From: a virus
Reading direction: 5' to 3' (one strand)
DNA length: 64,000 nucleotides
Virus record (IMG/VR): IMGVR_UViG_3300023276_001265
Of the stretch, positions 18,037-27,487 are shown piece by piece. The notes under the pieces were generated by a model that worked only from the letters and a program-made list of their open reading frames with translations, did no database searches and was not told the DNA's origin. Every line of letters starts with the position of its first letter. Within the stretch, counting starts at the first letter, position 1. The position numbers and the translations under genes were made by a program.

Positions 18037-18620
18037 TAGGTCGCCACCTCAAAGAACTCAAAGCGAGTCCTGCGGATCAGTCCATTCTGTAGTGCCTGGA
18101 CAGTTCGGTATTGTAATTCAAAGGTGGGTGTTTCAGCGGCGAGTACGACGTAGATGAACCCCGAAAAGGAATTCCAGTCATCGCCGTCTTGGGCTTCCTC
18201 CTCGGCGTAGCCCAGCACGGTCGAACCACCATCGGTCCGCACTACCTGACATTCGGTATCGCCGCCTGCTGGAGTGTGTGAGAATTCAGAACTCCAACCC
18301 AATCTAAATGTGCCTGTAAATGGTGCCCCAGTGGGGGCAAAGGCTAGTTTGACCTGAAACGCTGTTGTTCCGTTGGAGATGGACGTTCCGTCTGAGGAGC
18401 CCTGGTCTGTGAGCAGGAGTCCACTAGGCACAAGGATCGGGAATATCTGGACCCAGTCCGAGTCTGTAAACCCGGTGGCCATCCAAATCGAGTCGTCGGT
18501 CGTATTGCGATAGGTCTGACCAATCTGGTCCGGAGTGACCGAGCCTACGGGTGTACCGGCAGCGCCGACAAACGTGTTGCCGTGCCAGTGAACCGGAGGT
18601 AGATCGCGGTGCTCAGTCAT
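18036..18620 (-). CDS. Short fibre/structural protein sharing its C-terminal domain with 9413-11101
   Basis: FQ.K...TGT(F/Y)R.GW...EC...GF..VV....TFELQYR present in both. Confidence 0.65.
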   Translation of the reverse strand: MTEHRDLPPVHWHGNTFVGAAGTPVGSVTPDQIGQTYRNTTDDSIWMATGFTDSDWVQIFPILVPSGLLLTDQGSSDGTSISNGTTAFQVKLAFAPTGAPFTGTFRLGWSSEFSHTPAGGDTECQVVRTDGGSTVLGYAEEEAQDGDDWNSFSGFIYVVLAAETPTFELQYRTVQALQNGLIRRTRFEFFEVAT

Positions 18621-18994
18621 GGTCCGGTAGCCACTACCGCATCACCCCCGGCCGTAACCACAGTTGTCTCGTGAAGGCTGGTGAGCGGTCCAGAAGCGAC
18701 AACAATCCAATCCTCCTCAAACCTTGAAAGGGCGTCGAGACGTGCAGATACGAGAGACGGAGGAATAGGCCTTCCGCCATCGTCTAGGCTGATCGTACCA
18801 AACCCGGATGGGAAAGCCGCATCAGTTGCTAAAGTCCGTAACGAATCGGAATTTGCCGCGTTGTCTAGGAGCACTGGATCAGTGATGCTGACAGGTGTCG
18901 CAGCTGCAGCCGGGACGTCGAATCCCAAGTCCGGGATGATGACAGGACTACCTGTAGACGGGTGAGTAGTGATTGTGAGGGTTCTGAAGGTCAT
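18617..18994 (-). CDS. Hypothetical structural protein (125 aa)
   Basis: ATGA overlaps with both neighbours in the fibre operon. Confidence 0.65.
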   Translation of the reverse strand: MTFRTLTITTHPSTGSPVIIPDLGFDVPAAAATPVSITDPVLLDNAANSDSLRTLATDAAFPSGFGTISLDDGGRPIPPSLVSARLDALSRFEEDWIVVASGPLTSLHETTVVTAGGDAVVATGP

Positions 18995-20256
18995 GGCGTT
19001 GTGTATTCTAGCGCACCAATGATGCTCTTGATGGGATTAGAATTACCAGAACCGCCTGTCCGTCGAACTCGGGCCCCAATTTCGACACCCAGCCCAATTG
19101 CCACGGATAGATTTCGTCGTTCGTTGTTTCGGTCAGTCGGCGAGAGCACGATTGATCCCAGCACGAGAGGTCCGGTCCCCTGGCGACCTGTAGGGTCCTC
19201 CATAATCTCTAATGTGTAAGTATTCGTCGGATGGGCGAGGTTTACCGTAATCGAGCAGCCGATTAGCGTTGATGCAGCCATCGGCGTAAACCCGACATCG
19301 GACGACGCGGTCGGACCCCAAACGCTGAGGTATTGGAAGGTAGTGGAAGCCGGAATGACCCCACGATAACCCAGAGTAACGGTGCTTCCGCCGCCTCCGC
19401 CGCCCCCGCCAGTGCTCTGATTCTCGGTAAAAGTGAGACCGGTAACTCCGACTGTGATCGGATCGTTAGTCGTTAGCTGCCAGAGGGTGTCCCCGTGCGC
19501 GGTTCCCTCACTGACCGAGACCATCTTGGCGCCAACAACCTCTGGGTCAGCATCAGCATCAACGGCTCGGACCCAAGCTCCTGCATCAGAAACGTAGATA
19601 CCATTCTCGCTGGCAGTGGTCTGGTTCTTAACCAGCACCCGATAGGCACTAGTCAGAACACCGTCGATGACTTGCTCACCTGAGAGGGTGATGTTGCCGG
19701 TTGTGGCTACCCGAGCAGGATCCCAGTGAGCATTGCTGCCACCAGTGGCGCTCTTGATCTCAGCGAAGGACAGGCCGGTAGCGCCAACTGTGATCGGATT
19801 GTTGGTAGTTAGGATCCAGAGCGAATCGCTGTATGCGGTGCCCTCACTGACCGAGACCAGCTTTGCTGCGAGGATCTCTGCGTCAGTGTCGGCATCTGTA
19901 GAGCGGACCCAGGCTCCTGCGTCGGACACATAAATGCCGTTGTCAGCTGGAACCGCTTGACCATTAACCAATACGCGGTCCGCACTCGTGAGAACGCCAT
20001 CAATAACCTGCTCACCTGAGAGGACGATGTTCCCGACTGAGGTGACTCGGACAGGATCCCAGTGCGAGTTAATGCTGCCGCTACCGCCCCCACCGACAGG
20101 AATCCAGACACCAGCATCACATTGATAGAGAAGGTTGGTGTCTTTGACGACGACCACAGACCCGTCGACGCACGATACGGGAAGGTCCCCGAACGTGGGT
20201 ACTGGGTAGAGCCACGTGCTCTTTCTATGTAGTCCGCCGAGGCCGAAGGTGCCCAT
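18991..20256 (-). CDS. Virion fibre/decoration protein with a tandemly duplicated ~115-aa domain
   Basis: Two copies of HWDP.RV...GNI.LSGEQVIDGV....RVLV..Q.....NGIYVSDAGAWVR..DAD, a common phage fibre-base module. Confidence 0.75.
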   Translation of the reverse strand: MGTFGLGGLHRKSTWLYPVPTFGDLPVSCVDGSVVVVKDTNLLYQCDAGVWIPVGGGGSGSINSHWDPVRVTSVGNIVLSGEQVIDGVLTSADRVLVNGQAVPADNGIYVSDAGAWVRSTDADTDAEILAAKLVSVSEGTAYSDSLWILTTNNPITVGATGLSFAEIKSATGGSNAHWDPARVATTGNITLSGEQVIDGVLTSAYRVLVKNQTTASENGIYVSDAGAWVRAVDADADPEVVGAKMVSVSEGTAHGDTLWQLTTNDPITVGVTGLTFTENQSTGGGGGGGGSTVTLGYRGVIPASTTFQYLSVWGPTASSDVGFTPMAASTLIGCSITVNLAHPTNTYTLEIMEDPTGRQGTGPLVLGSIVLSPTDRNNERRNLSVAIGLGVEIGARVRRTGGSGNSNPIKSIIGALEYTTP

Positions 20257-20328
20257 AATCTATCCCTGGAACCCCCAGTCTAACTCAGCTGATGCTCCTC
20301 TGACGTGTCTTGTGCCTACGTGGACTCC

Positions 20329-22440
20329 TTAGAGAGCGGCGGGATCAACATAATGAATAGTGACGGAAACGATTCCACTTGCTGGGGCGTCTCCGGACAC
20401 AATGATTGGTGCTTTACTCTTCTGAACCATGCGACTTTGAGCCCAGTGGTCCATGCCATAGATCAACGCGCCACCAGCGAGATCGGTGCTCGGCCCTGAG
20501 AACCTGTTCGGGTCTGCAGTGTCTCCGACCATCAGGAAGCGAACCCCGCCAACGTCGGTCACGAGCTTGACCATCACGGCCTCGACTCGAACACCGGCCG
20601 GGATCTCGAAACTAGTGCTGTTGCCCTTGCTGAGATCGAGCTCTTCTGTGTGACTCTTGAATACGAGTCCACCTACTGCAAGATCGCACGAAAGGTGAAC
20701 CCCGCTCTTCTCGAAAACGACTTTGTCATCACAGAAACTGGCGCCGCCAGCAACGCCAAGCGCCTTGGCCTTGACTTCACCGGCATCCAGTTTCGACACA
20801 CCAAGCAGCTCCCAGCTCTTGCCCTCAAAGGAGAGTCCGCAGTTGGGCCCACCCATCGAGAACGTGGCAGAGCCCCCCGCTCCCTGCAGGCGCAGCGTGT
20901 TGCTGACCTCGATCTTCGGAGACTTAAGCAACTGGAGGTTGTTGGTCACCAGGACCGGTGCATCGATAGCGAAGTCGACAGGGTGAGAAATGCTGCCCGA
21001 CCTGTAACCCGTATCGGCTACGGAGACGAACTTCTTAACTGTCAGCGAGCTCCACTTCTTCAGAGCCCCGCCAACCCCGACTAGATCCCCATCCGTAGAG
21101 GCAAAGCCTCCAGCCACCTCAAACGGTGTGCTGGTGTCGGACGATACGCGGACCGCACCTGAGAAGGTGTGCGACCTAGCCTTGTAGGAGGTAGCGCCAT
21201 TCGAGAAGGTCATGCTCTCATCGGCGTGACCGGAGATCCCATCGATCGATATCTGGCCGAGCACGATTAGGTCGCCCTGGACTTTGGCGCCACCAAAGAT
21301 GGTTGTGCCGTCATCGTTGACCCGCAGACGGGCGCTATCCCCGTCCCTCAGAACGAATTCGTCGCCGAATACAGCGCCCCATGAGCCTCCGGTAATCTCT
21401 CCGCTTGTCAGCTTGAGACGAGAGGTCCCGTCTCCGACTAGGATGTCACCGCGAACATCAAGACGTCCTTCAGGGGACTCAGTTCCAAGTCCAAGCTGGC
21501 CGGTTGGGGAGACGATAAGAGAGTTTCCGGGGGCCGATCCGAGAATCTTTAGTGGAGACTGCTTCGAGTTAGAAGCGATCTGGAACACCGCTCCGCCGCT
21601 GATGTCGAGATCAACAAGTGCGGCCGACTTCCACCGAGATAGGGGCACGCCTAGCGTGAGACTCCTGGACGGGTTCGGGTTCAGGCTGGACCGCACGGTC
21701 CCACCAACAGAGAGGTGGTTTTTCACATCAAGTGAGCCAGACAGATTCAGGCCACTCGAAGTGAGCTGCGCCTTGATCTGTTTGCCAACCATGAAAATGG
21801 TGCCTTTGTCCGCACCGAGAACCAGGTCGTGCCCCTTGGCGCCGTAGAGTCCCTCTGACGCGGTGATTTCGTCGTCAAAGGCGGCTGGTCCCTTGAACCC
21901 ACCGGCGAATTGTGCGGCGCCTGACGACTTCAGTGAGCCGTCCCCGGATACCACGAACAAGTCCGAGCCCTTGCCGCCTACAACGCGGAGGACGGTTTGG
22001 GCGCCGTTACCGGCGTTGACCCACAGGAGGCCTTCTTTATTTCCGGCGTCTAGGCCGACCCGTAGGACGGTGTCACCAGACATGATGCGCAGTTGGTCGG
22101 CCTTATTTTTGCCCGAGAGGGCAACGCCCTTGGGGACCTTTACCGACGCGCCATCTCCAACGATGTCTTGGAGCGTTGTCTTGTGAGGGTTCCCCTCGGA
22201 GTCGACATGGTCCGCAAGTTCTTCTGGGAGCTTGCCGCCAACCTTCTTCAGAGTTCCGATGACTGACCACATGCGGGTGGTCTTGTCCAGGCCAAAGACC
22301 TCTTCCGACTCCCGCACGATGATGCGTGTTCCAGGTTCTGTATCGAGCGCAGATGGGAGATCCGCTACCGTGTTGACGATCTTCTGGAAGCGCGGCTGCC
22401 GCTTTACTCCTCCCCCGTGTGATCCGCCTTTACTGAGCAT
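20329..22440 (-). CDS. Long fibre-like protein, Lys/Gly/Ser-rich (703 aa)
   Basis: H....NPH motif, GQLGLGTESPEGRLDVRG fibre repeat, LG....W motifs, AGGAG SD. Confidence 0.65.
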   Translation of the reverse strand: MLSKGGSHGGGVKRQPRFQKIVNTVADLPSALDTEPGTRIIVRESEEVFGLDKTTRMWSVIGTLKKVGGKLPEELADHVDSEGNPHKTTLQDIVGDGASVKVPKGVALSGKNKADQLRIMSGDTVLRVGLDAGNKEGLLWVNAGNGAQTVLRVVGGKGSDLFVVSGDGSLKSSGAAQFAGGFKGPAAFDDEITASEGLYGAKGHDLVLGADKGTIFMVGKQIKAQLTSSGLNLSGSLDVKNHLSVGGTVRSSLNPNPSRSLTLGVPLSRWKSAALVDLDISGGAVFQIASNSKQSPLKILGSAPGNSLIVSPTGQLGLGTESPEGRLDVRGDILVGDGTSRLKLTSGEITGGSWGAVFGDEFVLRDGDSARLRVNDDGTTIFGGAKVQGDLIVLGQISIDGISGHADESMTFSNGATSYKARSHTFSGAVRVSSDTSTPFEVAGGFASTDGDLVGVGGALKKWSSLTVKKFVSVADTGYRSGSISHPVDFAIDAPVLVTNNLQLLKSPKIEVSNTLRLQGAGGSATFSMGGPNCGLSFEGKSWELLGVSKLDAGEVKAKALGVAGGASFCDDKVVFEKSGVHLSCDLAVGGLVFKSHTEELDLSKGNSTSFEIPAGVRVEAVMVKLVTDVGGVRFLMVGDTADPNRFSGPSTDLAGGALIYGMDHWAQSRMVQKSKAPIIVSGDAPASGIVSVTIHYVDPAAL

Positions 22441-22485
22441 GATTTCGTCTCCTAGGCCTATAGCTTAACAGGCATCAGTCCTTTT

Positions 22486-22818
22486 CTACCAAGCCCAGAC
22501 CCGATACTCTTCGTCTCCAGTAGCGCCCCGCAAGTAGACGATTTTCCGCCTGAAGGTGAAGAAGTTCATCGATTCCTGGGCGAGGAGATCGCCTTCGACG
22601 GTGACACCATCGAATGAGAACTGGATCTCTCTGGCGGAGTGATCATTCGCCACGATCAGTCCCTGACTGATGAAGTTGGTTTTTCCGTCACCCTTGTCGA
22701 TGAACACGAGTTTGCAGTCGGCGAAGTCGGTAGTCAGGTCTGGCCCGATGCCGCCACTGGCGAGGTCCCTCACGTAAAAGCGGTAGCTACGAACGCTCGA
22801 ATCGAATGGTCCAGACAT
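22486..22818 (-). CDS. Small beta-sandwich structural protein, paralogue A
   Basis: About 81% identical (hand count) to the adjacent 22831-23160. AAGGAG SD. Confidence 0.8.
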   Translation of the reverse strand: MSGPFDSSVRSYRFYVRDLASGGIGPDLTTDFADCKLVFIDKGDGKTNFISQGLIVANDHSAREIQFSFDGVTVEGDLLAQESMNFFTFRRKIVYLRGATGDEEYRVWAW

Positions 22819-22830
22819 TGATTACTCTCC

Positions 22831-23160
22831 TTACCAGGCCCAGACCCGGTATTCTTCCCCACCAGACCCGCCGCGCAGGTAGACGACTTTGCGTCTGAAG
22901 GTGAAGAAGTTCATGGATTCCCCTGCCACAAGGTCGCCCTCGATGGTGATGCCGTCAAACGAGAATTGAATCTCAGTTACGGTGTCGTCATTGGCGATGA
23001 TCATGCCCTGACTGACGAAGTTGGTCTTTCCGTCGCCTTTGTCAACGATCACGAGCTTGCAGTCCGCAAAATCAGTGGTCAACGTCGGACCGGTTCCGCC
23101 GCTGACGTTGTCTCGTACGTAGAAGCGGTAACTACGAACGCTCGAATCAAAAGGTCCCAT
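22831..23160 (-). CDS. Small beta-sandwich structural protein, paralogue B
   Basis: Tandem paralogue of 22486-22818. Confidence 0.8.
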   Translation of the reverse strand: MGPFDSSVRSYRFYVRDNVSGGTGPTLTTDFADCKLVIVDKGDGKTNFVSQGMIIANDDTVTEIQFSFDGITIEGDLVAGESMNFFTFRRKVVYLRGGSGGEEYRVWAW

Positions 23161-23170
23161 GTTCTATACC

Positions 23171-23962
23171 TTACAATGAAAGATCAGTTGGGCTGTGGGC
23201 GGAGATTTGGTAATCCCTGGCCAACGCCGAGTAAGCCTCTGCGCCAATGTAGCGAACGTTTGTGCCCTGGGAGGACGTAAGTTGGACGATTTCGGCAAAT
23301 TGCAATGATACTGATGCGGACCGCAATTCGCCAGAAGGGAACCATGATTCCATCGTGACGTTCGCAGCCTTCATAATGCACAGGATGCCGTCCTGATCTT
23401 TGGCGCGACCGAGTTTGGTCCCAGGAAGCACCAATACCAGCTTTTTGGGCGGTCTCGTGACGCCCTTTCCAGCTGTCTGATCTCCGTATGTTGGGTAGAG
23501 GTATTGTTGGAGCGCCGCCAACGCGGCTGACACGTTTACCCTGTAACGAGAGGATGGAAGCATCCCAGCCCCGAGCCGAGCCGTTGTTATCTCAACATTG
23601 GTGGGAGAGCCAGCAGACGCGTCCTGGATTCGTTGGTTAAACGGGACGTTGTTCCCAACCTCCTGCTCGCGAATTTCAGCAACAAAGTTTGCGGTGAAGG
23701 AGATGTTACGACCTGAACCGCCGATGTATTGAAAGAGGGGGTGGCTCGCACCGGGAATTTGCTTTGTTGAATAGTTAGGCGTGTAGCTGTCTGTTACTTG
23801 ACTGGGCCAGAACTGGAATACGAAAACATCGTTAGTGTTAGCCCCAGCTGTAAATCCGCCGCTACCGTTTCCTTTGCCAGCCTGGTTGGTCGTTCCGCTA
23901 AACTCTGGGAATAGATAAGCCACACTCTGCCGAGGCGCTGCAATCGCATCTAGAAGGGCCAT
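23171..23962 (-). CDS. Tube-initiator / CIS-tube domain protein (gp48/gp54- or Afp7-like)
   Basis: FQFWP......Y..NY....IPG.SHP..QY.GG..R.ISF, PP...LV, C.......V....F..G..RSA.VSL.F.E. Confidence 0.75.
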   Translation of the reverse strand: MALLDAIAAPRQSVAYLFPEFSGTTNQAGKGNGSGGFTAGANTNDVFVFQFWPSQVTDSYTPNYSTKQIPGASHPLFQYIGGSGRNISFTANFVAEIREQEVGNNVPFNQRIQDASAGSPTNVEITTARLGAGMLPSSRYRVNVSAALAALQQYLYPTYGDQTAGKGVTRPPKKLVLVLPGTKLGRAKDQDGILCIMKAANVTMESWFPSGELRSASVSLQFAEIVQLTSSQGTNVRYIGAEAYSALARDYQISAHSPTDLSL

Positions 23963-23996
23963 AACTGCTCCAGCAGGGTGGTCGTAACTTCTAGGT

Positions 23997-24011
23997 ATTC
24001 TATCAGACTCA
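23997..24011 (-). promoter_or_regulatory. Phage promoter motif TGAGTCTGATAGAAT heading the fibre operon
   Basis: Exact copy of 8659-8673, 35 nt upstream of the ATG at 23962. Confidence 0.7.
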
Positions 24012-24107
24012 TCACTTGGTAGGCTGAGCTATCGATGCTCGTTTTTACGACGCACTAAGTCATCTCACCGAGCTGAAAGGCGTTGCCGCTGATCTCATAA
24101 TGAACTC

Positions 24108-24137
24108 TTGACGCGGACCGCGAGGGGGTGATATTCC
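24108..24137 (+). promoter_or_regulatory. Possible sigma70-type promoter (TTGACG-N18-TATTCC with TG extension)
   Basis: Near-consensus -35 and weak extended -10 in the intergenic region upstream of nrdJ. Confidence 0.35.
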
Positions 24138-24436
24138 TTGAGGGCGGCAGCGGGACTAAGAGATCAAGCGTGAGTAGAGATTCAGAAAATTGTGAAAAAC
24201 ACCTCACTTCTGATATCAAAAACTTCTCGAAAATCTTTCATTTCGCTACTGCCATTCGTCGGTATAAGACCGATCTAGCGACTGGGATTTCTCCTTAGCA
24301 ACTTCACCGCGTTCGGTGTCGTCGGGGAGTATCATGTCTGAGTCGTGAGGGGCGCTGTGAAGTCTGATAGCTTAAGCATCAACTGCCTGAACCCCCTCTC
24401 TAACCAAGCATCAATAGCTACTACGGGGAGATCCTT

Positions 24437-27400
24437 ATGGATTTCGGGACCAAATCCTACTATTCAAACGCCGTTCAACGCCCCGTGCTCAACATCCGAG
24501 ACAGTGACCGCTTCAAGCTAGCCCCGGAGTTCCTGGCTAAGTTTGAGGGACAAGAGCCTGAGTGGGGTCCAGTCGGAAAGTTCACGTTCAAAAGGACTTA
24601 CGCACGTCCCCTCAGCGAGGACAACCTGGAGACGGAAGAGTTCTGGCAGTGCCTAGAGCGAATCGTCAACGGCGTTTACACGGTCCAGAAGGCGCATTGC
24701 CTCCGCCTCAACCTGCCGTGGCTCGATTCCAAGGCCCAGCGCAGCGCCCAGATAATGTTCGAGCTCATGTGGGACTTCAAGTTCCTCCCTGGCGGTCGTG
24801 GGCTGTGGATGATGGGCACCGACTACGTGGAAAAGCACGGGTCAGCTGCGCTCAACAACTGCCTCGGATACAACACGGAGATCATCACCGCTGACGGGAT
24901 CAAGAAGATCGGTGACTGTGCAGGGACAGTCCAGACGCTGCTGACGCGGGGCGGCAAGTGGGTCGACGCTCCAGTTCGGTCATTTGGACACCAGAAACTG
25001 ATGAGGGTAACGCTGAGGCGTCAAGGCGCGGAGAAGGAGATCTACGCCACTCCCGACCATCGCTGGTTTGCCAAGGATCGACGACAGGCGCACCGGGACA
25101 AGGGACACTCGGAGTTCACGACCGAGAACCTCCGGCCCGAGGTTCATCGCCTCCAGTATGTCTTTGGGCAGGGGATCAAGAACGTCAAGCCATCGGCGTT
25201 CGGCATCGCGCACGGAATCGCTTTCGGAGATGGCACCACCATTCCCGGTGAACGAAATGCTAACTGCTTGTACCTCTGCGGTGAGAAGGATGAACAGTTG
25301 GCTAAGTTCTTCTCACATTGTGCAGTTACCGACGCCCCCGAGGTGTCCGATGGCGGGGCGATCAGAGTAGCTGGGATCCCCAATAGTTTCCGGGAATTGC
25401 CATCGATTCGGGAGAACAAGGCCTTCCTCTTCGGCTGGTTGGCCGGTTATCTCGCGGCTGATGGGAATGTAAGCAAGCAGGGTCAGGTATCGCTGTCGAG
25501 CAGCATCCGCGAAAACATCCTCTTCGTGAAAGATGTGTGCGCCGTCCTCGGCGTGGGGAGCTACTCCATCTCTGAGCAGACTAGAGAGTCAAACCTGACG
25601 GGCAGAGAATCAACCATGTATCGCCTGACACTCATGCGAGATACGTTGAGCGAGAAATTCTTCCTAGTCGATGAACACCGGCGCAACTTCGCCGCCAATT
25701 CCGATGCCTCATCTAGGTATTGGACCGTGTCTGATGTGCAGAAGACCAACGCTGTCGAAGAGGTCTTCTGTGCTACCGTAGATGGTTACGGGGCCTTTGC
25801 GCTGGCGGATAACATCCTGACTGGTAACTGCGCGTTCGTCAGCACCAACGAGATCGACCTCGCCTTCGCAGAGCCCTTCTGCTACCTCATGGACTTTTCT
25901 ATGCTCGGCGTCGGCGTCGGGAGTGATTGCCGTGGCGCTGGCAAGGTTGTCATTCAGCGACCAGTCCAAGGTGATGACGTCCACGTCGTCGCGGATACCC
26001 GCGAAGGGTGGGTCGATCTACTCTTCCGCATCCTGGAGGCATACGTCGGCAACGGCTCACTTCCCAAGTCCATCGACTACAGCAAGGTCCGCCCTTACGG
26101 GGCTCTCATCAAAGGCTTCGGCGGGACAGCGTCCGGGCCGGATCCGCTGATTCGCCTCATTGAGGAGGTGCAGCGCATCTTGAATGCCCTGATTGACCAA
26201 CCGATCACTTCTGAGGCGATCGTTGATCTGTGCGACCTTGTGGGCGTCTGTGTGGTCGCTGGTAACGTCCGTCGGACCGCAATTATCATGTTCGGCGAGA
26301 AGGACGACACCGAGTTCCTCAACCTTAAGAACCCAAAGGTCAACTCAGAGGCCATGAAGAGCCACCGGTGGGCGTCCAACAACTCAATCTTCGCTGATGT
26401 CGGCATGGACTACACCGAGACGGCCGCAATCGCAGCTAAGGCCGGTGAGCCGGGCTACATGTGGATGGATAACGCCCGGAAGTATGGTCGTATGGGCGAG
26501 CTTCGCGAGGACAGCCGCGTCCTCGGGTTCAACCCATGCGCCGAGATCAGTTTGGAGAGTAACGAACTCTGCAACCTGGTTGAGACCTTCCCATCACGTC
26601 ACGCCTCCTACGAGGAATTCGAGCGAACCCTCAAGTTCGCTTACCTCTACGCGAAGACGGTGTCCCTTATCCCGACGCATAACCCCAAGACCAACATGGT
26701 CACGCTCCGCAACCGGCGGATAGGTGTGAGCCAGTCTGGGATCGTCCAGAGCTTCAAGCGCCACGGGCGCCGTCGGCACTTCGAGTGGTGCGATCGGGGC
26801 TACAACTACATCCAAAAGACGGATCGGCTCTACTCGGAATGGCTTTGCATTCGCAAATCCATCAAGACCACCACGGTCAAGCCCGCAGGGACTACATCGC
26901 TGCTACCTGGAGTCACGCCTGGTATCCATTACGAACACGCGGAATACTACTTCCGTACGGTGCGGATTGCGGCTCACAGCCCTCTAGTGGAGGAATACCG
27001 CAATGCTGGGTATCGCGTGGAGCAAGACGTCTACGACAAGTCGGGCCGCACTTCGGTCATCTACTTCCCCATCAAAGCCGAGCTCTTTGAGCGCGGCAAG
27101 TCCGATGTTTCCATCTGGGAGCAAATGGAAAACGCGGCCAAGCTACAGAAGTATTGGTCTGACAACAGTGTCTCCATCACTGTCTCGTTTAAGCCCGAAG
27201 AGGGCGACGACGTTCAGCGCTGCCTGGAGCTCTATGAGAGTCGACTCAAGACGGTGTCCTTCCTCCCATTGAACGATCATGGGTATGAGCAGGCGCCATA
27301 CATCACGATCGATGTGGACACCTACAAAGAAGCTGCGGCTAAACTCAGTTCAACCAGCTTCACTGGAATCGGACACGACATCGACGCGACACCGAAGTAC

Positions 27401-27457
27401 TGTGACGGCGATCAGTGCACCGTCTCGTTCGGATCCACGGAGCAAGCTCTCCCGTAG
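24437..27457 (+). CDS. nrdJ: Class II (adenosylcobalamin-dependent) ribonucleoside-triphosphate reductase, intein-containing
   Basis: RTY.R, P.GRGLW..G, LNN^CAF, GVGVG, VVAGNVRR.A, SNNS, NPCAE (thiyl Cys), LCNLVE, NRRIG, TTVKP.GT, C-terminal CDGDQC: monomeric RTPR-type signature. Confidence 0.95.
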   Translation: MDFGTKSYYSNAVQRPVLNIRDSDRFKLAPEFLAKFEGQEPEWGPVGKFTFKRTYARPLSEDNLETEEFWQCLERIVNGVYTVQKAHCLRLNLPWLDSKAQRSAQIMFELMWDFKFLPGGRGLWMMGTDYVEKHGSAALNNCLGYNTEIITADGIKKIGDCAGTVQTLLTRGGKWVDAPVRSFGHQKLMRVTLRRQGAEKEIYATPDHRWFAKDRRQAHRDKGHSEFTTENLRPEVHRLQYVFGQGIKNVKPSAFGIAHGIAFGDGTTIPGERNANCLYLCGEKDEQLAKFFSHCAVTDAPEVSDGGAIRVAGIPNSFRELPSIRENKAFLFGWLAGYLAADGNVSKQGQVSLSSSIRENILFVKDVCAVLGVGSYSISEQTRESNLTGRESTMYRLTLMRDTLSEKFFLVDEHRRNFAANSDASSRYWTVSDVQKTNAVEEVFCATVDGYGAFALADNILTGNCAFVSTNEIDLAFAEPFCYLMDFSMLGVGVGSDCRGAGKVVIQRPVQGDDVHVVADTREGWVDLLFRILEAYVGNGSLPKSIDYSKVRPYGALIKGFGGTASGPDPLIRLIEEVQRILNALIDQPITSEAIVDLCDLVGVCVVAGNVRRTAIIMFGEKDDTEFLNLKNPKVNSEAMKSHRWASNNSIFADVGMDYTETAAIAAKAGEPGYMWMDNARKYGRMGELREDSRVLGFNPCAEISLESNELCNLVETFPSRHASYEEFERTLKFAYLYAKTVSLIPTHNPKTNMVTLRNRRIGVSQSGIVQSFKRHGRRRHFEWCDRGYNYIQKTDRLYSEWLCIRKSIKTTTVKPAGTTSLLPGVTPGIHYEHAEYYFRTVRIAAHSPLVEEYRNAGYRVEQDVYDKSGRTSVIYFPIKAELFERGKSDVSIWEQMENAAKLQKYWSDNSVSITVSFKPEEGDDVQRCLELYESRLKTVSFLPLNDHGYEQAPYITIDVDTYKEAAAKLSSTSFTGIGHDIDATPKYCDGDQCTVSFGSTEQALP
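24860..25828 (+). mobile_element. Intein (323 aa) with LAGLIDADG homing endonuclease in nrdJ
   Basis: Block A CLGYNTEI, block B ATPDHRW, endonuclease blocks GIAFGDG and LAGYLAADG, block F EEVFCATV, C-terminal ILTGN followed by Cys. Confidence 0.93.
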
Positions 27458-27487
27458 CTTGGTCCCAACCGGAGGTGAGCAGGGAAG

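Noticed and set aside
19400-20070. Diversity-generating retroelement template/variable repeat pair (also considered for 22486-23160)
   Set aside because: The repeats are in-frame protein domain duplications with ordinary synonymous divergence, not adenine-specific changes, and no reverse transcriptase is present.
24140-24430. Cobalamin riboswitch or NrdR box upstream of nrdJ
   Set aside because: The B12-box elements (GGGAA...GCCACTG...AGYCAG) and the NrdR palindrome are not recognisable. Kept only as an unspecified structured region.
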